64,000 nt of DNA from Gnetum montanum (taxonomy: Eukaryota; Plantae; Gnetophyta), in NCBI GenBank assembly GCA_015680685.1, contig MNCI01000825.1:71625-135624 (forward strand), given 5' to 3'. A program made the translations under genes and the position numbers. Below are positions 24,601-39,119 of the stretch, one piece after another. The notes beneath the pieces were generated by a model that saw only the letters and a list, made by a program, of their open reading frames with translations, ran no database searches and was not told where the DNA came from. Numbering within the stretch: position 1 is the stretch's first letter; each line of letters opens with the position of its first letter.

Positions 24601-26224
24601 TAACCAAGGGTATGAGTAAGGTAAAGAGCTATTAAGAACTAGTGTAAACATTTTAATAATTTCATACCCTTGTTGATTGTAGATGGTCCCAAAGAGACCA
24701 CCACAAGGAGGACCTTCACAACACAAAAGTTGTAAAGATGCAACTCTAAGTCTCTCCATTATGGCCCACACTAACCAACAATCGAGAATGGAACTTAGGA
24801 GAAATGAACTAATTCTAGTGAAATAAACAGGCTAACTCAATAGTTAAAATTGAAGGAGTCTCTATGCCATACTCAATAGAGAGCACATATGGAAAAAGAA
24901 GATAAGGAAAGAAGATGAGAAATTTTCTAGAAGCCTAACGACAAAGGAAAAAAGCCAATGGAAGATCCACCACTGCCTAAAATACAAACTACATCAAGCC
25001 ACTTCAAATTTTGTTTTTATTTTGTCATGTAACTATGTCATTTTTATACACACCATTGTGGCACTCAAAGTCAGCTAGTAGTTAGAGTCAATTAATAATC
25101 GCTTACCTTTCCAATTTTGTAAAGAAAGCTCGGTCCTATCTTGTTAACTCAGGGACAAGTTTTTAGTCAATCATGAGGGTATGATGAATTATTAGTTGGC
25201 CGAATATCATAGATGCTATGTCGTAGATGCTACATTGCATCTACATTCTAGCATCCTTATCAATGCATCTTAGTTGGCTACTATGTTGTAGATGCTACAT
25301 CACATTTACGATGTCATAGATGTGATGTCACATTTGTTTGGTAAAGTCAATTTTTCTTCACCTACAATATCTTATCTATGATGTCGTATATCCGATATCA
25401 TAGCACATGCTACAACATAATAAATTTGATACCATGGGATGTGTGCAGCCTATAAATACAACACTTGAATGCATAGATCCGCATAACTTTTCATTCCAAC
25501 CTTAGGTAGACTCTTGCAATTTCGTTTTGTAGTTTTAGCAATAGAGTGAATTCCCGCAATGTGGTGTTGATCAGTTGTATGAAATCTTTATTCAAGTGAA
25601 GTGTACTTAGGCATAGTTCATGTTTGAAAATAAAGATCGAGAGTGCTTTTCATCATTACAACAACCACTTAGTTTTACTATTTTAATTAGCATAGTTATT
25701 ACTATTTTCTTAGTTTAATCATTTGCATTTCTAAGTATTGTACTTTACTTGTTCATTAGTAAAGCAAAATGAGTACAACTAGTTTCAAACATTTAAGTAT
25801 AATCATTTGGTAATCCTAGTAGTGTTATAGCTTGGTTCACCTAGTAGCATAGTTCTTGGTAACCCAGTAATGATTACATGAGCCCAAGGCATGCACAGTA
25901 AGCTAAGACCAAATGCTCATCACTCTAGGCTAGAGTAGAATTACATTACCTTCATTACTTAGACTTAGATTTTTATTCTCAAATTTCATCATGTTCACAA
26001 CTAGGAGTGTTAAAGGCCAAACAACATCTATTATCATATGCCTCACTTTGGACTAAACCATATGTGACAAAGCTACCACTATTCCAAGTGGAAAGACAAC
26101 GTTCTACAATTAATGCTTAACAATCTAGATGCCACAATTAGTCCCATCCATGGAATTTGACTAGATTGTACATGAATGCTTGTGATTTGTATATAGTTAG
26201 GGATATTGTACCTGCTACTCATCA
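18605..26224 (+). mobile_element. Nested pol-less (gag-only) Athila-like LTR element with exact 5-bp TSD
   Basis: LTRs 18605-19657 and 25182-26224 (TGATGA...TCATCA); TSD ATCTT at 18600-18604 and 26225-26229; degenerate PBS taacgtcattgccaggga after 19657; PPT-like tcatgagggta before 25182; no PR/RT/INT motifs seen. Confidence 0.88.
19772..21750 (+). pseudogene. gag: Degenerate gag of the nested element
   Basis: Clear paralogy to the gag at 39120-41500: DMNNIPKFAGG, KLFPKTLV, KVAKEEEDL..E.YNKDP.L.K.GV. Confidence 0.8.
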
Positions 26225-26499
26225 ATCTTCTACTAGGATAAATAGTTTCGATGCAGGGACTTGCAGGGTAATATTGTGCTATTTCTCCACCAATTAGCTT
26301 CATCAATGCTTTAACTTGTACTCTTAAGGTTTGATCTTGACCATTGCTAAAAAGGATATAGTGTTACCAGAAACATGTCTAACCCATGCCATCTAACAAA
26401 GGCCCAAGCCAAGTGAGATGCCATTATGAAGTTAAGGCATAAACATGACAAGGAAAAGGACACAATATTCTTGACATCCTAGTCTAAGAAGAAGGATAG

Positions 26500-28430
26500 A
26501 AAACATCAATTAAAAATTTTCAATCATCATTAATCCACCTCTTATCCTTCTATCTTCCACATTGAAGATCTTGCTTATCAAAAAGAATGCTTAACTTTAG
26601 TAGATAATCTTGAAGGGGATGGAGTAGATTCCCAAACAAGAAGGGGCAAGACCTAGGACTTCTAGTAGTCCATAGAAGGAGATATGGATGTCATGGTGGT
26701 TCTCCTAGCTCATCATCTTCCTTTTCATTTTCATCATTTAGTTTTGATGAAGATGAACATAGATAAGAAAATAAATCTCTATCGAGGGATCAAGGTAGGC
26801 AACTTGGCAATTTTCATAAAAGAAATTTATATGATTGTGATAGAAATCTTGGTAAGAATCAAGATGAAGATAGAGATTATGACAAAAGACATAAAAGAAA
26901 GAAAAGAAGAGACTATCATGATTGGGCATATAGAAACTAAGATTATGATTATAACACACTTGATTATGATAAACCTTTGTTGGTTGCTAGAAGTATGATA
27001 TAAATTTGGGACGTCGGGGAATTTCCTCATAGGCATTAGAAGAAGAATTGCATCAAATTACTTAATATGAATAACATTTCAAAGTTTAATTAAGGCTACA
27101 ATTTTGATCCACAACATCTTTAACAATCCTTCCATGATGCATGTGCTTTGCTGAACATTGAAAGAAAATAGTAGAATACTAATCAAAGAAGTTGAATGTT
27201 GGTATAGATCATTGGAACAAGATTTAATTTTCCAAAGGCCCATGATGCTCAATATCTTCAATAAGAAGCACCAAACCTAATCTAAAGTGTCCAATCTAAA
27301 GACACAAAGTCAAGGATAGAAACAAGAGAACCACAATTCCCTTCATACAGTCTTGAGAAGATACTATTGTCTATAGAATAGATGTCCAAGGTTCTTAGAA
27401 AGAATAACTTCATGACATCATAAATGGAATTCAGAACAAAATAAGGAAGATGCTTGGGATCTATGCCCAAGAAAGATTGTTAGAGCTTAGAGCCCATTAT
27501 ATACAAAAGTTCATTGGTCATATGAAAAAAGAAGAAGAAGATCATGAAAGAGGAAGTGTGAAGAGGAGTATAATTGGGATCCATTCCTTTATAACAAGAA
27601 GTTCTAGATTTATGATTATTAGGTAGATGAGACAACTTTTGATAACGTGATTTCATGGAAGACTTTGTTGATGTTAAAATCCATCATTGAGATAGTAATA
27701 AGGGTAAATAAGATGTAGGATTTGATGAATGAGAAGTTTGTATCCACTTTGAAAATTATGCAGGAATAGATAGAATACATCAAAGGTAAAGACCAGGATA
27801 AGAAGAAGAAAAATGACAAGAAAAGAAGTAGATATACTTATCAATAAAAAGAAAAAAAGTTGCAACAGTCAAAGAGATTGCAAATTTTGACTACAGGAAG
27901 ATAATAGCTATGACATTTGCTAGTATGAACATTTAAAGTATTACTATCCAATCATGCCACATCTACAAATGTCTAGAAATTATGCTTTGAACCTCAAGTT
28001 TGTGAAGAAGTAGACATCAAAGAAATTACCTTATCCAAAAGGCAATTGTAGGTATTCCTACCACTATTAGTATCATCTGAATTGGGTTCTTCCTTAACCT
28101 CAAGAATATTATCAACAGTAGCGATAAAAATCCACAATCGTAGGGGATGCCACCACCAAGATAGTAATATTCTTATCACTAGCTGAATCCTTATGACTAT
28201 CATGTTCAACAACATGTTTTTTCTAATGGTTATATTATTCATGCTTCTACCCATTACTTATATTCTTCAAAATACCATTAACTTACTGTACCTCATGTCA
28301 AATCACTATTATACATCTCTCACCATCCATCACATCCTCAACACTTTTATACTACCACCTCTACTAATGTTGGGAAGGTTTACCATAACCACAACAGAAG
28401 AATATCATTCATGTTATCACACCCTAGTGG
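26500..28430 (+). pseudogene. gag: Highly degenerate gag of the older Athila-like element
   Basis: Nucleotide similarity to the other two gags (atgaataacatttcaaagttt, ccttccatgatgcatgtgctttgc, gagtataattgggatccattcc). Confidence 0.65.
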
Positions 28431-28529
28431 GATGATAGTGCTAGTAACTTGAATTGTAATACTAGTAGGCATTCCTTCTTTAGGATGGTTCCCATGCTTA
28501 TGGAAGAAGATAGTAGACCTATCATTCCA

Positions 28530-29580
28530 CTAGGGCCAAGCAATATCATTGTTGGGATTATCAGATGAGTACACATAATTCTTAAAAATGGATCAGGCTA
28601 ATTCCACCATATGATTAATGTGTGTAGAAATCGTAAACATTAAACTACTTTGCATTAGAAAGTAAATAATAGAAAAAAGTAAATTTAATTTAAGTTAGAG
28701 TGTTGAAATGGAAGAAAATTAATCTTGATCTTTACTATCAATCATAGAACATGCCCAAGTACATTCTACTTAAATAAATATGTTGTACAATCAAATTAAA
28801 ACTACATTGCAAACACTTACTAACTACTACAAGCAATAAGAAATCAAACTAACATAGTGTTCATTACCTACTAACCAAATGATGCCATAAATAAAGTAGG
28901 TTAATCATATTTATTGCAACTTCAAATTTGTATATGCAACCTTACATCAAAGTCTGAGACATCACATCTACAATATTACATCACATCACAAGCATATATA
29001 GTCATATGTTATTGCTCATCATGCTTCTATGAATAACTAAAAATTCATCCTCAAGTCATACAAAAATGAGATGAGAGTTTTGTTCCAAAATTTTCAGGAA
29101 TGACATTGACTAACATGACAAACAGTTAAGTGTTACATTACAAAACTAATGTGAGTAGTTGTTTTACAAAAAGCACCAAATGATTGGATAGACATCACAA
29201 TCTACAAATTTGTAAGAAAAAAAATTTATCCGTGAAGGATGTTTAGGTTGTACCTGGCAATGATGGTTCTCTTAGCATTGGTTATTTTGTTAGTGAACTT
29301 CTCTTAAACTATTTATGAGTCCCTTACAATCCAAGTAAGCTTGGAAAGTTCAAAAGTCATTAGAAGTTTCCATGGATATGACAATGGGAGAAACATCATG
29401 TTGACCTAAATAAATCAAACAACAAATGTAGTACACTCTACTTCAAACACTATTACTTGGTCTTGTAGTTTCTAGAAATTTTTCAATCTCTAAAGTACAT
29501 CACTTTGTTCAATACATTTATCCTTAAGAACCTTCCAACTCTACATTAGCCACTTGAAGCTTTTGTTTTCCCTAATTATG
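28530..29580 (-). mobile_element. Inverted fragment (3' internal region plus partial LTR) of the same old family
   Basis: Reverse complement aligns by eye to ~32725-33790; LTR start TGATGAGCAATAAC at 29021 on the minus strand. Confidence 0.75.
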
Positions 29581-31617
29581 GATTTTTTATTGTTCTGAAA
29601 ATCCATAGCCTTCTCAATGCAATACCTTATGATCCAAACCTTTAATTCAACCTATTCAAAAACTTATAAGCTCCCAAAGTTGACCTCTTTGTTGTGGGTG
29701 CCCAAAAACATGAAATTTGAAACTTTCTTAACACCCTTATTTTTTAACAAGAAGGTAAATAATAGTAAAAATAACTAAAATTAATTAATAATTCAATATT
29801 GTAGTTACTTTATGACCCTGTGAACTTAATTTTGCAATCATCATCAATCTTAGATATCATATTTTTTAAAAAAATTCAATCTAATTAAAGGCTTGATAAA
29901 GATTAACACATTGAAAAACAAATTATTAAATACTAATTTTACCTTTGATGATTGCATATGGTACCCAAGTGTGTTCCTAAGGTCAGAGGACCATAGTAGC
30001 TAAGAGGGAAAAGACCTAGAATAATTGGATAAATATGTGAACATGGCCAAGAGCCACATCAATAATAATCCCAAGTTGGATGACCAATATCTAAGGAACT
30101 AGAAGTACAGTCTATGCGAAGAGTCTTAAATGTGCAAACACAACAATCGATCTAGGGAAAAACATCTCCACTTGAGATGAAGATAATTGTCACTGATAAT
30201 TGCTTGGAGATCATTCGAGATAAGAAAGTCTCAAGAAGTGTGCTTTCGAATCATTTTGTTTATTAAGTTAACTTCTTACAAGATTCATGAATAAATACGA
30301 GCCTCTTCTCTTTACCTAGCATTCGTAATCAATGGAGGATAGTATATCTGTAAGACCCACCTCTTTTGAAATAGGTAGAATCCACTACAAAAATATAAGA
30401 CATTTCTAGCTCCTATTTGGTTGATGCAATAACAAAAGCATTGGGGATCTCAAATACTAGGGTTAGAGTTGCTAAAATATCCAACCACTCAAACTCTAAT
30501 ATTAAAATAGAATGGGTCCAAAGGGGGTATGGTATGGACTGCAAGGAGTACAACTCCTAAATGCTAGTAGGAAAGATATACTTCAAGATTACAACCCATC
30601 ATATTAATCTTATAATGTGGTTGAACAAGATCACATCCTTTTCTACTAGAGTATGTGAAATCCTTAGTGGGTGTTTTCCTACTAACCTACATTATCTCCT
30701 CTTCATGGAAATAGAGAAAAGATTTAAGTAGAATGAGATTGGCAATAAGATCCTCCTCTTTCCATTTTGAAAACTCTGCAAAAGGGAAGGAGTCTCCTGA
30801 TACATCAATGACATAGTTAGGAAAGCACCAAATGCATCCTAGAGTGAAATAATTAAAATAATACTAGCTAAGAAGATCTAGGAGGAGCTACCACTGCCAA
30901 ACATTAAAGCTATGATAACTAGTACCTTGGAAACAATTACAACATCCATACCTACAACTACCATACTAGCCATAAGGATCACAAGTCTTGGGACAAGTAT
31001 AGCACAAACTATTGCATCAACCACTAGCACTTAAGCACCTATGAATGACCTAAGGGTATATTGTTTTGTAATTACACATCTTCAAAAAAATATTCTAGGT
31101 CGCAAGTTAGAGCCAACATGACTTAGCTAATATGTGTGATACTTTCGGAGTAGAGTCCACAACTGTAATGGATCCCATCACTAGAGAGATAGCTATCAAC
31201 ATTACTAGGGATGATTGGCCATAAATATTTAGTAATGTAGCTGCTTTTCAAGTCACCCTGAAACTAGAAGAGAAATTGTGGTAATGTTGCATGAAGGATA
31301 GGAGGTTGAAACTAAGGTACTAGCTGATCATATTGGAAAAATTCTTAGTGTTCCTACAATATTTATTCTAGACTTTGGTACCGTTGTAGATATTGAAGTA
31401 TCTATAGGAATGAGGACAACAATGGAAGGAAGCATAACTATTGAGAAACAAGAGGGATTGGATAGAATTCTCCAAACAAGGAAAATAATGGAAGTATTAT
31501 TTGACATTTCAGAGAATGTCATAGCCCTGCAATCTAATTTGATTTCCACCAAGTGTAAATCAACGTTATCTAGAGTTCAATTATAGCAGGCCAAGTTGGA
31601 TGCCTAGAGATTGCAAG

Positions 31618-32306
31618 ATGAGATCTCCCAATTCTGTGCCTAGTGTAATGACCTTGTGCAATTCATGTCTCTAGACTCGCTTATTCAAATTCTATACTAA
31701 TGACCTAATTCAACTAGTGGTCAAGAAAACGTAAGTGGAGTAAGAAAATGAAAAAGCAATGTGGGATGTGTCTTGGCTTGAGTAGAGTCACATGCTGTGA
31801 AAAATATTATTGCCACATTGCATGAAGAGAACAAAGGCATTGTAGCAAATAACCAAACATTTGAAAAGGTTAGAAAGGAAAAAGAAATCTCAAAGTCAAC
31901 TTTCATCACATTTGTGAATAAATAATGAAAGAAAATTTAAAAATCAAGTGGTTCACCAAAACAATGAGATCACCCAACTTTGTGCCTAACTAAATGACCC
32001 TATGTAATACGTCTCTCAACTTGCTTGGTCAAATTCTATACTAATAAGCTAACTCAACTAGTGACCCACAAAAATAAGTGAAGCAAGCAAATGAAAAAGT
32101 AATGTGGGATGTGTCTCAAGCCTAAGCAAAGTCACATGCTTTGAAAAACACTAGTGCCACATTGCATGAAGAGAACAAAGGTATCGTAGCAAACAACTGA
32201 AAGTTGGAGAAGGTCAAAAAGAAAAAAGAGAATCTCAAAGCCAACCTTCACCATATTTGTGAACAAATAATGAAAGAAAATTTGAAAATCAAGTGGTTCA
32301 CCGAAA
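31618..32306 (+). repeat. ~345-bp diverged tandem duplication in a decayed coiled-coil-like coding remnant
   Basis: Two copies (31618-31960, 31964-32306) share caaattctatactaat, aatgtgggatgtgtct, tgccacattgcatgaagagaacaaagg and aaaatcaagtggttcacc. Confidence 0.85.
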
Positions 32307-35300
32307 AGAATCAAAATTTGATCATGGAAGAAGTAAGAGCAATAAGGAAATAGATGACCATTTAAATTGATATGTGGAAGATCAAACCAACATATCAAGA
32401 AGTAATCAAAAAAAATTACCAAGATTAGGTGAGGCTACATAAAAAGATCAATGAAAATGAGATCAAAATAGCCAAGGCCAAACTAAATGTCATGCTATAA
32501 TAACTTGCTATGGCCACATGATCAAATATCAAGGACACAATAACTGCAATGAGTTAGGAAAAACTAAAAATGAAGGATCTTAAAAATTTATAATGTAACT
32601 TATTATCTTGAATTGGATAACTTGTGCTATGCCAATTTAGCAATTCTCACATTTAGCAGGCCTACATTAGAAGTGAAGAAAAAAAATGCAACCATGTTTG
32701 TGCTCTTCAAACATGAGTCCTAGCTTCCTAATCAAGAAATATAAAAGCTTCAAGTAGCTAATGCGAAGTTGGAGGTTTTCAAGGCTAAATTTACTAATGA
32801 GAGAGATGTAGGTAAAAATCTTATAAGGAGGTTGGCAAATTGCTAGCAGTTATGCAATCAGGTAATGACCCTTGAAGTAGAGCACATTACATTTATTTAG
32901 TTTTTTTAGGCCAATAATATATTTCCCTGGTTTTGTATCCATGGAAAATTCCAATGACTAGTAAAATAGCTAAGCTTGCTTAGACTATAGAGGACCTGAA
33001 AATAGATCAAAAGAAGTTTTTGGTGATCCTTTAGAAGTTCCACATGAAGAGGAACATGCCAACAAAGCAATCAAGGCTAAAAGAACTACCACTACCAAAT
33101 ACAACTTGAAGATTTTTCACCAATAAAATTTTGAAGTTACAAATTTTGTAAATTATGATGTGTATCCAATCATTTGTTACCTTTTGTAAAATAATCACTC
33201 AAATTTTTGGAATGTGACACTCAAGTCTTTGTCATGTTCGTTAGTGTTACTTCCATAAATTTTCTAACATAACTCTGTCCAATTTTTATATGACTTGAAA
33301 ACAATTTTTTAATCAATCGTGAGGATATGATGAATAATAAAGTACGACTATTTACATTTGATACAATGTCATAGCTATTGATGCAAAGTCAAAGTTGAAA
33401 TAAATGCATATAAAGATAGTTCACCTATTGCATTTATGGTACCATTTAGTTAGTAGGTAGCAAAACTTTGTTAGTTTGATTTCTCATTGCTTATAAGAGT
33501 TAGTGAATGCTCACAACATAGATTTGAGTTGCTTTTACAATGTCTTCATTTTAGTGAAATATACTTGGACATGTTCCATGATTGGAAACAAAGGTTGAGA
33601 TTAATCCCCTTCCATTACAACTCTCTGAATTAGATTAATTTTACTTTTTCCTATTATTTACTTTCCAATGCAAAGTAGTTTAGTGTTTACATTTCCTATG
33701 CACATTAATCATATGGTAAAATGAGTGACCCCATTTCAAGCATACATGTATTTATTTGATAATCTCAGCTATGATATTTCTTGGTACACCTAATAGCATA
33801 TCACTTGATAATCCCAATAGTAGATACGTTATAGGACATGAAAAACAAATTGGGGCCTAGAAACTCATTGCCTTAGGCTAGTGTAGGATTTAGTTTCATT
33901 GTTACTGATATTAATTAATTAATTAATTTCTATATTTTAAATTAGTTTATTAATTATTATCTTATTATCAAATATCATGTACCTCAATTATACTTAACCA
34001 TACAAGTTAGAAGCCACTATGAATATAGCTGGGAAGAGAGCAACCTATAATCTACAATAAACTAACTAGATACCACCTTAACTCTATTCCCAAATTACAA
34101 CATGGTCTACCATGACACTTATAGATCACATGGTTGGGCATTAGACATACTTTCTACTCATCAACTTAGTAGTTGGTTTTGTGGTAAATTCTATTGGGTG
34201 TAATTTTGACATAGCAACCTTATTGTTTACAGTTTTGGAAGCATAAGGATAATGACAAGGGCATATAGTTCTTTACAATATACATCAATTGTATCTTAGC
34301 TTGTATAAGAGGTTTATTCCTACCTCCACACCTAAGTTGCATTGATGATATCTTATGTGTTGTGCTCAACTACCTTAATTTCAAGTTTGTCAAGTTTGCA
34401 TTAAGTACATTTTTTATACCATGTTCAACCACCTCTACAACAAAGCAAAGCACAATGTAAAAGTTGAGCATCAACAATTATTACTTGCAATGATGACTTT
34501 GGTGTTTTGCTACTATATTCTTTCATTTTGTACCTATTTTCTCTTTTATCAGATTTTGTATCCACTTTTGGAATTCTTTTAATTAGTTTTTTTATTTTAA
34601 TCATTGATATAGAATTACCTTAACAATAGATGCAATAAGATACCAAAACAATGATAATGATCATTTATTTTATATTTTTCCTTTCCTACACTAAGGTTTC
34701 ATTTTTAATAGCACTTTTCTATTGGTCTTTTCTACTTTTGTTTCATTATAATCTTGTTATACAATGATACTCTTCAGAACCTTCAATTAGCTTATCTAGA
34801 TTTTTTGTTTCTTTTTTTTTTTCATTTTTTGTACTTTCCTTTCTATAAATAACAAAACATTGTATTCATTACTTGCTTTATTTCTTCAACTTTGATTATT
34901 GTCTTTAGGTGCTATTACAATTTTTACTTTGCATTAAAAGAATGTATTAAATTTCTCCCTACATAACTGAAGGATAGAACTAAATTTTGCACTTCTAAGA
35001 AAAATGCGTTAAGACCCTAAACTTTTATCTGTTATGGGAAGTTGAATGAACATCATGATCTTTTATCACAACTTAAGCTTACATAGTTATATTTCAAAAT
35101 GTTTGAAAATGTACTTCTTAAATTATTTATGACTATTCAAAAATGACATAGTTAATCTTCTAAATCTTGGGGCTTTTCTTACTAGTTAATGGATTAGAAT
35201 GGATTCACCATTTTCCTTATCTATTCACCATAAGGTTTATGGAAAAGGCTTGATGAGATGATTATTAATAAGAGTCATCATTTTTCTTGGAAATTTTTTT

Positions 35301-35449
35301 CTCCATAAGTCACTTGGATTAACCCTCCCTTGCATATGCCTTTTATTGATGCCAAGCGATCTATGGAGATGGCTTAGGTTGTTATGGTCCCTTAGTCCCA
35401 GACTCACTACTTTCTCCATTCTTGTTGTCATGCATACTTGCCCATTACA

Positions 35450-37200
35450 TTGCAACCTTGCAACACATCCATCTCATCAATTGTTGCGCTTGAGATCATA
35501 TCTACTACAAGTTTTGTATTATTAATTGTAATAATTTATTCTTCACCCCATCATATCCCTTCCTCATGCACAATTGAATACTCTCAATGATTCCCCACAT
35601 ACAAGCATTGATATGGATTTTAACCTAAGATTCCCTTCTCATGTGGGATAACCTCATGCATCTTGGCAATAAAGGACTTGACCTATGCATGCTCTCCCAC
35701 TTTGTAGTTGAGACTGCATTGCACTTGTCCCAACATTGTCGATACATGACCATCCTAAATCATTATGTACAAAGTCTTATGCACATTTGGACAATCTCAA
35801 GCATGCCCCTTAGACAAATCTGCTATTTGGTGGACATCACATTATGGCTTGGCACACAATCCAACATTGACTCTATGACACCACTAAAATGACACCTTAT
35901 TTAATGGTGTCCCTACCTTCCTATTGCACACCATGCTTTACAAATACCCTACTTTGCCCCATGCTAGAGACATTTCATCTACAATGAGCTTCTCTACATT
36001 GATTCCCAATGCCCTTTCCAAATTAGCTACTAGACCATTTATCAAGAGTTGGCTAACATTGTTTATGTTTGTTTGTCCATGGCTTGGAAGACATTCCATC
36101 AATAAGGATGAGAGACCACTTTTTTCATCTTCACCTGGATGCTTTTAGAACTAGCCCTCACCACCATTAGAACCTAAGATGGTTCTTCCTTCATGGGTAA
36201 TAATAAGATTTCAATAATTAAAAGAGATATTAGCTATGTTACAAGCTTCTCACATTCTAGTAAAAAGATCATTAAGATTATGTCCATTAGTGCCAAGGTT
36301 GCCAACAACTTCTTCACCAATGGCTTGTACCCAAAATTCCACAACAAAGGTTACAAGGTGGCTAACTTGCATAAGCCATGGAAGTTAGCTACTCACATTC
36401 TCTATGAGTATGTCTCTTTCCAACCCTCAAATTGGCTCACTAAGAAAAACTTTTGGGTCCTATGGAGCCTCCACAATGATCAAGTCCTTAACTTACCAAC
36501 CTTCTTTGTCAAATTAGATATCTAAAAGGTTGACAACATCCTTTCTCTAACGCACATCAACCATTACTAAGTACCTTTGCTAGCTCCACATCCAGCAACA
36601 AGAAATACTATTCCACTAAAACTGGTACTTCTCCTTTGGATTTGATAAAGAAGCATGCCACTAGGTCCTCACAGGATAGATGTAGGATCTAGTCGAACTC
36701 TATCCTTCATGCTCACCTCATCTGAGCATCCATACCCATCTAGCCCCTCCTCCATTGAGGCTAACTTAATTAACATAACCACATCCTCTTGCACTCCCAC
36801 AAAACACTTCCCTATCCCTAACCTCATGCTTACATGCGACTCTACCTACTCCAACTCCACCTGCACTTCATCTAGTTGTCATCTACAAATTCATAGCTAG
36901 TTTAGCTGATGCTCTTATAGAACCAACCCCTCCCTAGCACTCACCCATCAACATTCCTAATGACACCAACCTACCACTCCAATTTCACAACTCTAACCCT
37001 AATCCTCATGCCCTCCTTCTGTTGCTACCTTGTTTGTAGTAAAATCCCCCTCCTTTGGTTGCCTTTCCCTATCCAACCATAACACTTATCTTCTTTAATA
37101 TTTTCATCACTCTCGCAATCCCTGAAAGGACTATGCCCCTAATGTTGATAGGTGAGCATCCACAATAAGCAAGTCTAGGTTTTAATGGTATTGCAAGATC
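35450..37200 (-). mobile_element. Very old Ty3/gypsy pol remnant
   Basis: Only weak motif traces on the minus strand (MDA-SD-like RNase H start, WYKP...LA, GL...LPS.PW-like integrase N-flank). Confidence 0.35.
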
Positions 37201-39119
37201 ATTTAGTTCTTATTATCCATCCTACTCCATCAACACCCTACTTAGGTTGACCTTTCCAAAGGATTGACTAGGCATTGCATTATGCCCAAATGGTGCCCCT
37301 GTGATGAACAATATCACAAGCTCCAACCCACTAACTTGTGGAAGGTACCCAACCAAAACAACAACACTGCTTTAACTACGTAGCTACTACTTGATCATTT
37401 GCTTCTACTTCATCCTAATTGTGTGCCACTACTATGCTACTTGTCTACATCTAACATGTTAGCACAACATGTCATCAAAATTTCCATCCAATTCAACGAA
37501 TTACTAAATTGGTTGTCACATTGATATCTCTTATCTTGTCTTTAATTTGCAGTTATGGTCATCACTTCCATGGCAAGTTTGTGTTGTCCAATGATGTCTT
37601 ACATCCACCTCTAGGTAGTAGTTTGATAGCCACTATTGTGGCAACTTTGTTTTGACTAAATGTGGTCTTTAGTTGAAATTTTTTGCTAGAACATATATGT
37701 GTATTTTTTGCCTTTTTTTTTTTTGGTTTTGGTTTTTGCAAATTTTGAAGTTTGTTAATACAATAGCTCCCAAGTTCTTTCTCTATTTAAACACAAAAGA
37801 GTCATGTCATTCTAAAATGACCCAACTTTCTTAAATTTTCATCTTAATGTTTGTGGCAATGTTTGTGAGTCTGCTTTGTTCAGATGATGTGTGTGGATAG
37901 TGTTGATTTGTAAAATTATCTATAATTTTATGGTTGTGATATATTTAGAGTGTTGCTAATGTTCTTATATTAATGATTGGTTGAATTACTAATTATTCTT
38001 CCTTGTGATTGATCTACGTTATGTTAATGTGTATTGTGTGATGCAAAGTACTAAGTACATACTACCAATTGACTTAGCGTATATTAATGAAATGAACATA
38101 AGGAATGTTGAGAAGAAAAAAAACTGAAATGTTGTATCACTTTTGACATTTTTAATGCTTTTATTTTTTATGTGTTGCATGATCTAGGTGCATCGAAATG
38201 ATTTCTTAAACTAATTAAAATGTTTCTATGTGAACTCTATGTGTGTGTGCATCAATGTGAATATCTAATGTACTTGCTTTGGTATATATTCATATAAGTT
38301 TTGGATAAAAAATGTCTAAGGGCTATTGTATAAATTCTAATTATTTAGCAATTAGATTTGGAAAGAAAGAAGAAACAAAGATTTCTTTATGTTATGCTTC
38401 AAGGGTTAAAAGAGGTATGTTTTTCTTAGTATGAACGATTTTTTAAAATCTATATACATATGCACGTGTTGCTAAGTGATGAGCCATGATATCGCGTACA
38501 CGATATCGCAGCCGCCACGCGATATCGCGTCTTGCCTCATCTTCTATAAATAAGAGGCGGCGCCCTTTGTTCAAGAGAGTTAGACTTAGACCCTTAGCCA
38601 GATTCTTGCAGTTTTGTTATTCCAGAGTTAGAATTATTTCTATGTGTCTACAGTAGGAGTCATAGAGTGAACGGATCTTTATTCAAGAAATTTGTACCTG
38701 AGCACAATTTTGTGTATGGCAATAAAGACGAACTTTATGATAAACCTTGAAGCATACAGATTAAGCTAATTAGTAATTAATGATTATTTAATGCTTTCCT
38801 AGTTAATTAATATCTTTCTTAACCTTCAACCCCCTTAGTTAAATACACTCAGTACAACCGCTTTGAGCATGCATGTAGTGCTAGGTAACCTAGTGACGAT
38901 TACCATTTGGTAATCCCAGTAGTGTTGCACTGCTTAAGGATGTGTACGGCAAGTGGGGTACCTCGCCACTCATCATTGGCACCATTGCCAGGGACTTAGT
39001 TGTTTGTGCGCTGTGTAGAACATAGGAATTCATTCATATCGTTGGAATGTTAGAACGAACCCTTAGGGTTAATCAAAGAAAGATAAGAAAATAGTACATC
39101 GCACACTGAACAAGACAAG

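Larger units (their letters stand above)
17504..34163 (+). mobile_element. Old Athila-like element (LTR-like copies 17504-18319 and 33328-34163), interrupted by nested insertions
   Basis: The two segments align by eye (t[g/a]atgaataataaa ... ctcatca); PPT-like aatcaatcgtgaggata before 33328; gag remnant at ~26500-28430. Flanks atttg/actta match only 3/5, so pairing of these two LTRs is not certain. Confidence 0.6.
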
